From the IMG/VR virus record IMGVR_UViG_3300047558_000137, positions 310,315 to 374,314 of that record: DNA of 64,000 nt, one strand, 5' to 3'. This document shows, piece by piece, positions 26,001 through 35,973 of the stretch. Made by a program: the position numbers and the translations under genes. Position 1 is the first letter of the stretch. Each line of letters starts with the position of its first letter. Below the pieces are notes generated by a model that was not told where the DNA came from, ran no database searches, and saw nothing but the letters and a program-made list of their open reading frames with translations.

Positions 26001-26450
26001 AGTATTATCTAACTCATACAAACCAAATTCAGTATTTGCTGTGTCTAGCCATAAATCGCCGTCGGCTACACGTCCAGCTGGACGAACTGATGTGCCTGCT
26101 AATTGTGCTAAATCAACATCTGCACGGATAGCATACAATTGATTGCCTAAACCCAATGCGCTATATGCTGATAATAGGCCGTATTCGTTACGTTCGTCGC
26201 CGTTAATTGGTGTACCAGCTGAGCTCAATTGGAAGCCCGGTGTGCCCATAGCTGTTACCAAATCACGTTGACTTGTAAACGATAATAATTTGCCAGCATT
26301 TGCTTTACTTGTGCCTACTGCTGGGCTATTGTTATATGTTTTGTCTTGTGCTGTTGCTAATAGTACCAATGGGACAGAGCCAACATTTGAATTTACATAT
26401 TGGCTTTGGTCATTAATGGAAATTTGAATTCCTGGTGAAACTAGTGCCAT
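23094..26450 (-). CDS. Tail sheath protein (gp18-like) with large insertions
   Basis: MALVSPG, WFAPAG..RG, INPI, WGQET, INVVRL, FLFEPND. Confidence 0.95.
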   Translation of the reverse strand: MALVSPGIQISINDQSQYVNSNVGSVPLVLLATAQDKTYNNSPAVGTSKANAGKLLSFTSQRDLVTAMGTPGFQLSSAGTPINGDERNEYGLLSAYSALGLGNQLYAIRADVDLAQLAGTSVRPAGRVADGDLWLDTANTEFGLYELDNTSATPGFTHINPIVVTDSNKVTYSTYNGTTDVATPVASIGKPGDYALVAVDTSVKPLGYIRLFSKTGSSAVVTGSGGPGPNVWVQVGSPEWQLSLPVATGTVANPTLTLTAGASTISVNGTTVTFNTGTVAALAAAVNAAAITGVKAKVNDGYLSFYVTSSAASTGGSADGKLILVESDSTNTPLDNCGITVGSGNPYYCPYFFYGTYAQQPTGGWYASDSQPRPSGSVWWKTTSTGGGFNPSLKKYNASTDSWASVGVSMYTGFVSAIANLDPAGGGQNIPHGTTVATYLVGDTTYNALTFSVQGGSTDNVSSSGTGDTPTDITGSFTIGATGIGGVTNSATIPALSSGSAEDFVTAILAANVPYVSAEVNSNGTITISHALGGQVTLTNVSDTPLQDAGFVVDNTSLVPYQRVGYTVNPITDVVNIGNFTGQNRFISYQASAPTSNPVDGTLWYYSNPSEVDIMVNTSSGWKGYQGAGTDSRGYVLGNTDPMGVIVSASQPTSQSDSTALAAGDIWLDSSDLVNYPSLYRYNGSAWVAIDNTDHVSSNGIIFADARWSADGAVDPINEGIPSTVDMLTSDYLDLDAPNYKLYPRGILLFNTRRSGYNVKKFVADYFNAASFPAGSNTLGLPTSTPTITDSWVSDSGLDENGVMKAGSAAQRAIVVAALQSAVDSNIDVREETYNFNLLVAPGYPELIDNLVTLNNDRGNTGFIIGDTPMTLAPSTTDITNWSNNTNGDGLATASPYLGVYYPAGLTNDLAGNTVAVPASHAVLRTFLYNDNVSYQWFAPAGVHRGLVSNISDIGYINKTTGAFVHNGINQGLRDSLYSLNINPITQLPGTGLVIWGQETRSGDTTSRNKINVVRLENYLRTVFKTISNGFLFEPNDVVTRKTIARQIESALHDVLSKRGLYDFLVICDSNNNTSSAIANNQLYVDVAVEPMRDVEFIYIPIALYNPGTIANLGAAST

Positions 26451-26551
26451 GGTTATATTCCTTTATAATACATGTTATGAATATTTAGTTTAAAAAGGAA
26501 AAAAGGCACTACTACAGGTGCCTTGGCAAAGGTTTTGCAATAAATAGGTAT

Positions 26552-26902
26552 ATGCTAGAACGTAAATTATGTCCTGTATGCCATACTAATCCGGTTGCTG
26601 TTAACTATGTTAAAGATGGTGTTACCCATTATCGAAATAGTTGTGCTAGCTGTATCCGAAAAGGGCGTAAATTAAAGCCGACCCCGCCGGCTTGGGCAAG
26701 ATCGGGCTATAAGAAAAAAGCAAACTGCGAGAAATGCAATTTCAAATTTAAGTTTCCAGAACAGAGTGTTGTGTTCAATGTAGACGGAAACTTAAAGAAT
26801 AATAACTGGGCCAATTTAAAAACGGTTTGCCTTAATTGCCAACAAGAAATTTATAAAAGCAAACTGGGGTGGAAGGCTAGCCCTATTGTGCCAGATTTTT
26901 AA
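26552..26902 (+). CDS. Cys-rich hypothetical protein (degenerate HNH-like)
   Basis: Four CxxC pairs; DGNLKNNNWANLKTVCLNC lacks the catalytic His; TAAATA-N5-ATG. Confidence 0.7.
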   Translation: MLERKLCPVCHTNPVAVNYVKDGVTHYRNSCASCIRKGRKLKPTPPAWARSGYKKKANCEKCNFKFKFPEQSVVFNVDGNLKNNNWANLKTVCLNCQQEIYKSKLGWKASPIVPDF

Positions 26903-27494
26903 GTTGGGTATACAACTGTTCGATGCTGCCGTTATTGTCAATTATCGCATCAAACTCTGTTCCAGCCCAACTGTATTCGCTAGCATGAATACCTAGTTCT
27001 TTTAGTTTAGTCTGTGCAAGTAAGTCACCAGCATTGGCGTTTGCAGCCATAACATACCAGCTAGGTTGTTCGCCACGCTGTATCCAAACAATCTTTGCCC
27101 CACGCTGTTTTAGAACTTTAATTTCATTTGGAAATCGGCAATCTGTAATAACAATGCTGTCTTTACTGGTGCGTAGTTTGTTTTCCAAACTAGCAATCCA
27201 CATATCATCGTGGAATTCTTCACGTATAACTTCTGTGCCCCATTGCTGTAGTACATAACGTGGTGTAATAGGCTTGCCCAGTCGTTCACTCCACCAGGCA
27301 TCAGGTTGCTCTCGCCATTCGCGGCTTTCTTTAGTACGACCTTCTAGCATTTCCCTGTCCCACCCGAATACTGAGCTCACAGCATCTTTAAGACTATTAG
27401 CAAAACTCTCACGTCTGAACTCGTGGAAGTTTACAAGATAATCTGCCGCTGTATCTTTACCGCTACCAATTAAACCGCAAATGCCAATGATCAT
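26883..27494 (-). CDS. Deoxynucleoside monophosphate kinase (T4 gp1-like)
   Basis: GLIGSGKDT, FANSLKD, PRYVLQQWGTE, ITDCRFPNE, HASE. Confidence 0.93.
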   Translation of the reverse strand: MIIGICGLIGSGKDTAADYLVNFHEFRRESFANSLKDAVSSVFGWDREMLEGRTKESREWREQPDAWWSERLGKPITPRYVLQQWGTEVIREEFHDDMWIASLENKLRTSKDSIVITDCRFPNEIKVLKQRGAKIVWIQRGEQPSWYVMAANANAGDLLAQTKLKELGIHASEYSWAGTEFDAIIDNNGSIEQLYTQLKNLAQ

Positions 27495-27524
27495 AAAAAA
27501 TGCCCCTTTCGGAGCATTTTAACA

Positions 27525-28436
27525 TTAACCTGTAATCCAAGTCAACGGTTGTGAGCCATCAACATAGGTTTTTAGATCCTCTTCTAGTTTAATCATTTCT
27601 TCTTTGGCTTCTGCTACCATACTGGCACCGTTTAGACTTGCGCCACCTTGAGGGCCGGCAATAGTGCTGAACTTGCTGTATGCTTGTCCTAACAACATCT
27701 TACTGAAGCTGTATGCATACTCCTGTAACCACGGAAATGCGTAAGTATCATTAAAGATCATTTGATCTGGTTTGGTGTTATAAATCCATAACAAGACATC
27801 TTCTTGCTGATCTAACGGGGGGTTTGCGCCTTGATAAGGCATCTTACGCACAACAACCAGCTTTTTAGTAACTGGGTTGAATGTAAAGTTCATAAAGCCA
27901 CCGAACATACGCATAGCCAACTTCTGATAGTCAACAAATAGTTCATAGTTAGTCAGGCCACCCACACGACCTGCTGTTAGCATATAAGTGTTTAAATAGC
28001 CCGAAGCAAAGGGTTCAAATTGACTTGCTGTTGTGCCTGTTACGCTACCAATACCTCGACGATAAATTGCACGTACTGTTTGTACTTCTTTAGGCAATAT
28101 GTATTCTTGTGTTTCGGGCAATAGCTTTAAGTGTGCATAGCTTTCTTCAACGCTGTTTTGAGCACGTTGGCGGTACTTAACTAGGGCCTGTGTAATAGCC
28201 ATTTCATAATGCTCTTTTTCCAACTCAACATCAACAATGCCATCACCTAAACGCATACGAACGTAGTCAGTTATAGCCGCACGTTGTGCATCAGATGAAG
28301 TATAGTCAGTCGGGTCGTAGGCAATGTGTCCTGCGCCCGATCCTGTGTTTGCATTGAAAAGGCTAGCAGTTTCTATGTTCTGATGTGCGTCAAAACCCGA
28401 TTCTGCTGTTGGGGTATTTGGATATGGTGTTGGCAT
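27525..28436 (-). CDS. Neck protein (gp13-like)
   Basis: RLGDGIVDVEL, SKFSTIAGPQGGASLNG; start at MPTPY with AGGA SD. Confidence 0.85.
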   Translation of the reverse strand: MPTPYPNTPTAESGFDAHQNIETASLFNANTGSGAGHIAYDPTDYTSSDAQRAAITDYVRMRLGDGIVDVELEKEHYEMAITQALVKYRQRAQNSVEESYAHLKLLPETQEYILPKEVQTVRAIYRRGIGSVTGTTASQFEPFASGYLNTYMLTAGRVGGLTNYELFVDYQKLAMRMFGGFMNFTFNPVTKKLVVVRKMPYQGANPPLDQQEDVLLWIYNTKPDQMIFNDTYAFPWLQEYAYSFSKMLLGQAYSKFSTIAGPQGGASLNGASMVAEAKEEMIKLEEDLKTYVDGSQPLTWITG

Positions 28437-28462
28437 CGCTGTTCCTATATCCAATATTTATG

Positions 28463-28717
28463 CTAATCCCGAAGCAGATCCCAAATCCCATACTTCTCGT
28501 AATTGGCCCATTCGGGACCTTTGTATGCTAGTTCAAGCTCGCTTCTACGTAATTGATACTCTAGATCACGTATCTCTGCTATAGCACCTGGCTTGTACGG
28601 CAGTTTTTTAGCGCGAACTTGACCAATCTTGTTACGGATCCATTCTTGTTCGCGCTGTAATCTACCGACATACTCAGGCTTTGTGTTAGGCGGTTCTAAG
28701 TAATACGACATCTTCAC
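28463..28717 (-). CDS. Hypothetical protein
   Basis: ORF filling the gap; plausible composition. Confidence 0.55.
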   Translation of the reverse strand: MKMSYYLEPPNTKPEYVGRLQREQEWIRNKIGQVRAKKLPYKPGAIAEIRDLEYQLRRSELELAYKGPEWANYEKYGIWDLLRD

Positions 28718-29873
28718 TAATCCTACCGTTTAATTTGGTTTCTGTAGCTTTGATATCTTCGATAAACTTACGCAACTGCACTTTACCAGCTTTGGCAAAC
28801 TCTTTTAGCTTTTCATCTGGCTTGCGTAGGGTTTTACTGATTGACTTGTCAGTATCAAATCCAATAATTGTGGTCCCTTTGATTCCCAGGGTTTGATAGC
28901 TTGCAGACACATATTTTCCCAGCTTGCGAGTTTTAATGTTATAGACCCAGAGCTCTGCGGCTCCAATAATGTCTGCAGGATTGATTGACACGATCTTAAG
29001 AGCGGCATCTGTTTTACAATATTTGAGCTTGGCAACCAGTTTTTCTTTACTTGGAGCCTTCTTAACTCGTGCTTTCTTAGTAGCTTTTTTAACGCCTCTG
29101 TACTGCTCAACTGCACCAAGTAGGTCATCGATCCAACCAATGATGCGTTTGAAGTCAGCGGTTTTAAGATAACTGTAAGCCTCTTTAAGTTGTTCATCCT
29201 TTTTACCTTGTGCTTCTTCAAGTTCTGCTTTGCGCTTTTTGTAAACAGCTTCATACTTGCTCAATTGGCTCTGTACAACGCTGTTAGACTGCAACCAGTC
29301 GTAGGGCTTGAACTTATCTGCTGTATTTGCGACAACATCATCAAACAGGCCTTCAAGTTCGCCGATCAACTCGCTTGTTTTTTCGTTAAGGCGATCCTGG
29401 ATAGTTGGCACGTATGCTTTAGGCTTGTCGTCCTCAGCAGTCTCAACAACTTCCGGCTCAGCTTTTTCAATAACTTCAAGGATACACTTGTCAATAAACT
29501 CAATGTGGTTGCCACGGAACTGCATACCTTTGCGGTGTGCCATAATCAAACTGCATACGGTCATCGGTAGCAGGCGATCGCTAGCACGGATAAAGGCTCG
29601 TACTTCATCTTTAGTAAACTCGCTGTTGCCTTGCATCCACTCTACAACATGCTTTTTACAGTCTTTTTGGCTGTAGTAGTAATTGTAGTAATAAAAGCTC
29701 TTACGCAAGCGGTTATCAAAACGCTCTTGGTCCCACTCTTTAGCTTCTTCGGGCCATTCAGGCTCAGCACCTGTGTACTTTTCATCTGCAAATGCAGCCA
29801 AACGCACTTTGGGCTGTTTGGTTTTAATCTTGATACCAGCAACTGTTGCCATTAGATTCTCCGTTTTTTCCAA
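28686..29873 (-). CDS. Hypothetical protein (Lys-rich C-terminus)
   Basis: 395-aa ORF; likely start at MATVAG (29852). Confidence 0.8.
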   Translation of the reverse strand: MEKTENLMATVAGIKIKTKQPKVRLAAFADEKYTGAEPEWPEEAKEWDQERFDNRLRKSFYYYNYYYSQKDCKKHVVEWMQGNSEFTKDEVRAFIRASDRLLPMTVCSLIMAHRKGMQFRGNHIEFIDKCILEVIEKAEPEVVETAEDDKPKAYVPTIQDRLNEKTSELIGELEGLFDDVVANTADKFKPYDWLQSNSVVQSQLSKYEAVYKKRKAELEEAQGKKDEQLKEAYSYLKTADFKRIIGWIDDLLGAVEQYRGVKKATKKARVKKAPSKEKLVAKLKYCKTDAALKIVSINPADIIGAAELWVYNIKTRKLGKYVSASYQTLGIKGTTIIGFDTDKSISKTLRKPDEKLKEFAKAGKVQLRKFIEDIKATETKLNGRISEDVVLLRTA

Positions 29874-30079
29874 TCATATGTGTTACCGTCGGGCAACACG
29901 CCTTCTTTAATACTGTCCACGCCTTGTTTGCCCACTAGGTTAGGGTTCTCTGTTGCAATAACAACAAAGGTGCCGCCGGCATCACGGGCGTCTTTGGCCA
30001 CGTTCAATGCTTCGCCTAGTTCTGTTCGGAACAAACTGTGTTCGCGACCAATTTTGTCTGTCCAGTATATTTTATGCAT
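29852..30079 (-). CDS. Hypothetical protein
   Basis: Coupled ORF ending YDWKKRRI. Confidence 0.7.
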   Translation of the reverse strand: MHKIYWTDKIGREHSLFRTELGEALNVAKDARDAGGTFVVIATENPNLVGKQGVDSIKEGVLPDGNTYDWKKRRI

Positions 30080-30530
30080 TTTCTAATATTTTGTAAAATA
30101 ATTGTTCGAATTTTACAGTGAGCAGTTTTTCTCGGCTCCATGCCTCACGTTCCCATGGGCGGTCCCAATACTCTGCGTTGACCTGTTTGCCTAACCAAAA
30201 ATGTGTGTCACCGTCATACTCGTCAACAAAGAACCAGTAGTGCCCTTTGACCATTTGCTTAACATGAATCATTTCATGTGCTAGTACTTGAATCAATGAG
30301 TCAAACTTCAATGAGCTGTCTACAAATATCACAATCTGCTTACGGCCCTTAACAGGATCGTCCATTTGGCACATGCCCCGGGCACCTTGATCTTTAATCA
30401 AACCCTTGACAGAGTATACATAAAGATCAAATTTGTTGTTTAACAACTTGAGTTCTTCTGCATAGAATGGCACAGCCATGTCAATGATCTGAAACAAACG
30501 ATTAGTTTTTGCGCGGATGTGTAAGTTCAT
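30072..30530 (-). CDS. Zincin-like metallopeptidase domain protein
   Basis: LAHEMIHVKQ (HExxH) and PWEREA; extended -10 TGcTATAAT 6 nt before ATG. Confidence 0.8.
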   Translation of the reverse strand: MNLHIRAKTNRLFQIIDMAVPFYAEELKLLNNKFDLYVYSVKGLIKDQGARGMCQMDDPVKGRKQIVIFVDSSLKFDSLIQVLAHEMIHVKQMVKGHYWFFVDEYDGDTHFWLGKQVNAEYWDRPWEREAWSREKLLTVKFEQLFYKILENA

Positions 30531-30555
30531 AGCTTAATTATAGCACAGTTTTGGA

Positions 30556-30822
30556 TTAGCTGTATGTTAGCACAGCAATTAAACTATATTGCTGGAAATG
30601 TTTAATACTTTCGTTAAACTTTTCCTCAATTTCCCGGTATTTTGTTGTAAAAACGCCACGGCGCCTGCAGGCAATCATTTCTGTGTCTAGCTCTGCCCAG
30701 TACTTTCGTACTACATTGTAGAACTTCCACATTGCACTTTTAGCACGTATATCAGATATTGACTGTAGTGCTGTTAAACACTCGTCCAATTTAAGGTGAT
30801 TTTGGTGGTGGTGCGCTTGCAT
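30556..30822 (-). CDS. Hypothetical protein
   Basis: ATG 6 nt after sigma70 -10 box. Confidence 0.7.
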   Translation of the reverse strand: MQAHHHQNHLKLDECLTALQSISDIRAKSAMWKFYNVVRKYWAELDTEMIACRRRGVFTTKYREIEEKFNESIKHFQQYSLIAVLTYS

Positions 30823-30828
30823 GTCAGC

Positions 30829-30868
30829 ATTATACGATAAAATGGATAAACTGCCAAGCCCATAAATA
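30829..30868. promoter_or_regulatory. Divergent promoters: sigma70-type (minus) and late TAAATA (plus)
   Basis: Minus TTGGCA-17-TATAAT (30857-30829); plus cATAAATAc upstream of the gp14-like gene. Confidence 0.65.
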
Positions 30869-30886
30869 CAACATTAGGGACTAAAC

Positions 30887-32062
30887 ATGGCAAGATTAAG
30901 TCTTTGGAAAGACGGTCGTCACAGTAACGATTATAAATTTATTGATCGCAGAATTAGCGAGATGTTTACCATTGGCGGTACAGGCATTTTGGTTAACAAA
31001 TATCTAGGACCAGTAGAACAAACTGGTAGCACAGATCCTACGAAACCCGATTATACAAATCAAAGCGAATTAAACATTCAAGACTTGCTTTGGATAGAAA
31101 ACCGAGATCGCAAATATGATCCGGATGTTTATAAAATGCGTGGCATCTATCAACGTGCCGACAGTGACTTTGATTTAAGTCAGTTTGGACTGTTTTTACA
31201 AACTGGTACACTGTTTATGGTGTTTCATTTGCGAGACATGGTAGATATTTTAGGTCGCAAACTAATGTCAGGTGACGTATTAGAACTACAACACTTGAAA
31301 GATTACGACTCTTTGGATCAGGACGTTCCAGCAGCACTAAAACGTTACTATGTTGTTGCTGATACTAGCTTTGCTAGCGAAGGTTTTAGTCCGACTTGGT
31401 GGCCACACTTGTGGCGTGTTAAGCTGAATCCGTTAGTGGATAGCCAAGAATACAAAGACATTATTGATAATATTGCTGCCGGTCCCAACACTACTACTCC
31501 AGTTGGTCAGATTTTAAGTACATTAGACAAATACCAAGCAATTAATGATGCTATTGTGGCACAGGCCGAACTAGATGTTCCAAAGTCTGGCTATAGCACA
31601 GAGCCATTCTATACATTGCCTACTACAGAAGATTCTGCTAATCCAATTGGTCCAATAATTAGCGCAGATACATTGGCAATTACTGCCGACAACACCGGCA
31701 CAACTGTTAATTCAGGTGTATCTAGTCCTTTGGACAAGATAAAAGGATACCTAACAGGCGATGGTATTGCACCAAATGGTTTAGTTACCGGATCAGGTAT
31801 ATCATTTCCTCCTGATGCTAACCAAGGTGATTATTTCCTACGCTTAGATTATCTACCTAATCGACTATTTAGATTTAACGGCACACGCTGGTCTAAAGTA
31901 GAAGATGTACAACGCACTAACTTAACACCTGGTGCAACAAATAACACCACACAACGTAGCGGCTATGTTAACAATTCAAACACATATACTGACGCTCAAG
32001 GTAATACATATAATGAATTACAACCGTTAAGCAGTATATTAAATCCTAAGGCAGACAATTAA
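30887..32062 (+). CDS. Neck protein (gp14-like)
   Basis: IQDLLWIENRDRKYD, DLSQFGLFL, GDVLEL; precedes gp15-like gene. Confidence 0.75.
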   Translation: MARLSLWKDGRHSNDYKFIDRRISEMFTIGGTGILVNKYLGPVEQTGSTDPTKPDYTNQSELNIQDLLWIENRDRKYDPDVYKMRGIYQRADSDFDLSQFGLFLQTGTLFMVFHLRDMVDILGRKLMSGDVLELQHLKDYDSLDQDVPAALKRYYVVADTSFASEGFSPTWWPHLWRVKLNPLVDSQEYKDIIDNIAAGPNTTTPVGQILSTLDKYQAINDAIVAQAELDVPKSGYSTEPFYTLPTTEDSANPIGPIISADTLAITADNTGTTVNSGVSSPLDKIKGYLTGDGIAPNGLVTGSGISFPPDANQGDYFLRLDYLPNRLFRFNGTRWSKVEDVQRTNLTPGATNNTTQRSGYVNNSNTYTDAQGNTYNELQPLSSILNPKADN

Positions 32063-33441
32063 TGGCAGCGGTACAGTTTACATACGACGGACAACTGCGT
32101 CGATTCGTGACACAATTTATTAGAATGGTGTCAAACTTTCAAGTTGAGTTTGGAAAAGATGCACAAGGCAATAGAACATTACAAACTGTTCCTGTCTATT
32201 ATGGAGATGCAAGTCGTCAAGCATCAATGATCCTACGCAACAACAGCGAAAACATGATGAATGCTGTTCCTGCTATGGCTGCATACATATCATCACTAGA
32301 TTATGATCGTGAACGTATGCAAAATCCATACCACGAAAGTGTAATGCGTGTTAGAGAACGTAGTTTCGATACAGTCAATCATGAATTTACTACAACACAA
32401 GACGGAATCTACACTGTAGAACGTTTAATGCCGGCGCCATACAAACTAACAATGAAGTTAGATATATGGACTAGTAACACAGAACAGAAGCATCAATTGA
32501 TTGAACAGATGATTCCTTTGTTTAATCCTGGATTTGAAATACAAAGTACAGATAACTATCTTGATTGGGCCAGTTTAAGTGTAGCATTGTTAACCAATGT
32601 ACAATATACCAGCAGAACAGTACCAATGGGTGCAGACGAAAGCATTGATATTGCAACCCTAACGTTTGAATTACCAATTTGGATAACACTACCTGCTAAG
32701 GTTAAGAAGATGGGCGTTGTTGCACAGATCCTTGCAAACATTTACGATGCAAATGGTGATCTAAGCGAAGACTTTATTACTGCATCACAAGGATTAATTA
32801 GCCAACAACGCTTTACACCAATGAATTACAAAGTATTGTATATCGGAAATACATTAACATTGTATAAGAGTTCGGCAACAGATGCAGGTGGCGTAGTACA
32901 CGGCAACAAAGTTCGTTGGAGAGACATGGCTAACCTATACGGAACCATTGTTAATGGTATAAGCCAAGTTCGTTTAACGTTTGATTATCCAGACGGTCCA
33001 CACGAAATTGTAGGAACCGTTGCATTTGATCCTAGTGATGATAGTAAATTGCTGTACACGCCGATACCAGCAACACTTCCTGCAAACACAATGTCGCCAG
33101 TTGATGCCATCATTGATCCACAGAACATTAGTAATGACAATCTCGGACTATTATCTCCAAGTACAGGCACACGTTATTTGATACTAAATCCAATCGGTGC
33201 AGCAAATAGCGAGTCGGCAGTGGCCTGGGCAGGAACAGCGGGAACTAACTTAATTGCTAACGCCAATGATATTATCCAATGGAACGGAAATTACTGGACT
33301 GTCTCTTTTGATTCTAGAGAATCTAGTGTACAATATGTAACAAACTTAAATACAACCACACAATATCGTTGGACCGGTAATGAATGGGTTAAGAGTTACG
33401 AAGGTCTATACGATTCAGGCTACTGGAGCCTAGTAATATAA
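32062..33441 (+). CDS. Tail sheath stabiliser/terminator (gp15-like)
   Basis: YDGQLRRF, VPVYYG, PAPY.L...LDIW, Q.IEQ..PLFNP. Confidence 0.85.
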   Translation: MAAVQFTYDGQLRRFVTQFIRMVSNFQVEFGKDAQGNRTLQTVPVYYGDASRQASMILRNNSENMMNAVPAMAAYISSLDYDRERMQNPYHESVMRVRERSFDTVNHEFTTTQDGIYTVERLMPAPYKLTMKLDIWTSNTEQKHQLIEQMIPLFNPGFEIQSTDNYLDWASLSVALLTNVQYTSRTVPMGADESIDIATLTFELPIWITLPAKVKKMGVVAQILANIYDANGDLSEDFITASQGLISQQRFTPMNYKVLYIGNTLTLYKSSATDAGGVVHGNKVRWRDMANLYGTIVNGISQVRLTFDYPDGPHEIVGTVAFDPSDDSKLLYTPIPATLPANTMSPVDAIIDPQNISNDNLGLLSPSTGTRYLILNPIGAANSESAVAWAGTAGTNLIANANDIIQWNGNYWTVSFDSRESSVQYVTNLNTTTQYRWTGNEWVKSYEGLYDSGYWSLVI

Positions 33442-33442
33442 A

Positions 33443-33868
33443 ATGGAACACACAGAAGGCGTTGGTGCATTAGTCTATGCACAGTCAACCAACCGTTACT
33501 TATTCTTGTTACGGAATAAAAGCAAACATGCAGGTGTTTGGGGCATCGTGGGCGGCAAAGTTGATGCCGGGGAAACAGTAATACAAGGGCTTGTTAGAGA
33601 AATACAAGAAGAAATCGATCGAGATTTCTCTCATAAGAAATTTATTCCATTAGAAACATTTACTGCCGATAATCAGAAGTTTGTTTACTACACATTTCTA
33701 GTAAGTGTAGACGATGAGTTTATTCCTAAACTCAATGATGAGCATCGTGGATATTGCTGGGTAGAACTAAATGATCATCCAAAGCCCTTACATCCGGGCC
33801 TTTGGAGAAGTTTTAACTTTGAAATAGTTAAAAAGAAAATTAAGACTTTAGAAAATATTCTTAATTAG
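33443..33868 (+). CDS. NUDIX hydrolase
   Basis: GGKVDAGETVIQGLVREIQEEI Nudix box. Confidence 0.9.
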   Translation: MEHTEGVGALVYAQSTNRYLFLLRNKSKHAGVWGIVGGKVDAGETVIQGLVREIQEEIDRDFSHKKFIPLETFTADNQKFVYYTFLVSVDDEFIPKLNDEHRGYCWVELNDHPKPLHPGLWRSFNFEIVKKKIKTLENILN

Positions 33869-34605
33869 CCAATATCAGCTTCAACTACAAATTCTCTAGT
33901 GTCAATTTGACGGAAGTTTGGTAACGCTTGTAATTCCGTTGGTAACCAATATTCCTTAGTTGGCATAACCCTAACAAAATCAACTGCTGGGTAAGTTTTT
34001 ATCACTTCTATTAATGTCATTGCCCAGAATTTTGTATTATCCTGCATTTCTGCAGATGATGCATATCCTCTAGTATCTTTGTATATATTATTTGTCGGTT
34101 CAACGCCATGGTTAAAGTCGTAGCCTAGTAAATAAACTTTTGTGTGACCGTCAAAACAAGCTAGATAGGCTGCAATAGCACCAGCATTATAAGATGGATT
34201 CTGTGGAATTAAATAGAATTTATCAGGATAATCAATGATATGTTGACCATTGGTATAGACAATGTGTGATACACAATATCCTGATTCGGCAAGTTCTTGC
34301 ACCATGCTGCTAGTGGCAACTAAAAAATCTGGAGGGAATTCACGATATAATGCATTGCATCCATAACTCTGCAATTTATCAGCACCAAGAATACCTCCGC
34401 GGTGTCTTGCAATAAGATTTAAATCAAACCCTAACCGGCTTTCTCCATTGCCAATACAAACAGCTTGACTAGTGGTGTGAGTGTTAAAAACTCTGTTTGG
34501 AACGTGTTCTGTTACTGGATCCCAGTTATTGTCACTAAGAGTCAAACTAGTAACTACGTTTTCCCCGGCGTATGTTTCGCGATAGATTTGTTTTAGTTTA
34601 TGCAT
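33865..34605 (-). CDS. Hypothetical protein (DUF115/MptE-like or glycosyltransferase-related)
   Basis: CIGNGESR, YGCNALYR, VYLLGYD motifs. Confidence 0.6.
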   Translation of the reverse strand: MHKLKQIYRETYAGENVVTSLTLSDNNWDPVTEHVPNRVFNTHTTSQAVCIGNGESRLGFDLNLIARHRGGILGADKLQSYGCNALYREFPPDFLVATSSMVQELAESGYCVSHIVYTNGQHIIDYPDKFYLIPQNPSYNAGAIAAYLACFDGHTKVYLLGYDFNHGVEPTNNIYKDTRGYASSAEMQDNTKFWAMTLIEVIKTYPAVDFVRVMPTKEYWLPTELQALPNFRQIDTREFVVEADIG

Positions 34606-34641
34606 ACCATTATCCTATAGCGTATTTATGGACTTTTTCTA

Positions 34642-35952
34642 TTAGAATCGCCCAACTACTACTTCGATGATTGCAAATTCGTTATCTGCAACTTCTCCCA
34701 ATGACTTACCAAGAATACAGCCAGGTTGGTATAAATTTTTGTTTATACGTTCTGCATATTCTGTATATGCGCTTGTTACCAGTACATCACCTTTTGTTAC
34801 AGGGCCGTGTACTTTACAAGGAACACGACCTGTAAATGCCACCGGCATGCCTTTTGCTTCACTATTCATCAAATAAGCAGGATTTGTAGATATAACACCG
34901 GCTACTCTAGTGTCATGGGTTTTATTTGTTGATGTAATTTCTTTTGTACCGCCAAATATTACCACAGTCCCGGGCTCATACACTCGGTCCGATTCATATA
35001 TTTCTGCCAAGTCCGCATATTGTGCTGTTGTTGCCTTAGCAAACACGGTGTTAAATGCTGCACCAGTAGCACCAATATTACCGGTGCCAGTTGTACCACC
35101 ATTGGCAATAGCAACTGTCTGGTTTTGTATGCCTACAGTAAATACACCTAGGTTATTGAAACTACCAAGTACTGTGCTATTCGATTCATTGATGTTTGCA
35201 ACAAAACGTAAAGTAGATGATGCTGCATCAATACCAAAATTTTGATTGTTTGCATAATAAAAGTTTACACCCGGGCTATCTGTAGTACCATTGTCAAAGT
35301 TAACTTCACCTTGTGCAGTCGCAGACCCTTTTAAGAAGGTACCGGTGCCGTGTTGTGTTTGTCCACCAATGCGTAAGTTACCAGCAATACCGGCGCCGCC
35401 AGATACAACTAATGCACCGGTTGTTGTGCTTGTGCTAGTAGTTGTGTTAGAAACTGTTAACGAACCAGCTTTTACAGCATCGTAAATAATACCTGCATCG
35501 GACCAGTTAATTGTAGCCGCCGGCTCTGATTGTACGTTACTAAAGAATGTCCAAGTACCTGTAGAATAATTTCTAACAGCACCATGGTGAGCGTAGACGT
35601 TAGCTGGGCCACCAATACTGTCACTAAACAAACCAGTATCATAGTTCCATGGGTATAGTGTATTGGATACCAAATAGACCATTGGGTCTGTGATAGTTAA
35701 CTGTGAAGTAGAAGATGCAATTAAGTTTGCAGTATAGATATTTCCACCAACACGCAAATCGCCGGTGATCCCTGTACCGCCCTGAACTACTAAAGCACCT
35801 GTGGTTGTACTTGTACTTGTAACTGTTCCGTTGCCGATAACAATATTACCACCTACAGTTCGAGTCCAAGCGTTGTTAGCAGTTGAATAGATGTAGGCAA
35901 TGTTATTAACTGTTACAACTTGATTATTCGTTGGACTTGCCGGGAATGCCAT
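34642..35952 (-). CDS. Fibre/spike protein with C-terminal autoproteolytic chaperone-like (Peptidase G2-type) domain
   Basis: TTGALVV.GG repeats; AQYADLAE...GVISTNPAYLMN...GRVPCKV. Confidence 0.75.
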   Translation of the reverse strand: MAFPASPTNNQVVTVNNIAYIYSTANNAWTRTVGGNIVIGNGTVTSTSTTTGALVVQGGTGITGDLRVGGNIYTANLIASSTSQLTITDPMVYLVSNTLYPWNYDTGLFSDSIGGPANVYAHHGAVRNYSTGTWTFFSNVQSEPAATINWSDAGIIYDAVKAGSLTVSNTTTSTSTTTGALVVSGGAGIAGNLRIGGQTQHGTGTFLKGSATAQGEVNFDNGTTDSPGVNFYYANNQNFGIDAASSTLRFVANINESNSTVLGSFNNLGVFTVGIQNQTVAIANGGTTGTGNIGATGAAFNTVFAKATTAQYADLAEIYESDRVYEPGTVVIFGGTKEITSTNKTHDTRVAGVISTNPAYLMNSEAKGMPVAFTGRVPCKVHGPVTKGDVLVTSAYTEYAERINKNLYQPGCILGKSLGEVADNEFAIIEVVVGRF

Positions 35953-35973
35953 TATTTGTTCCTTATGCTATAT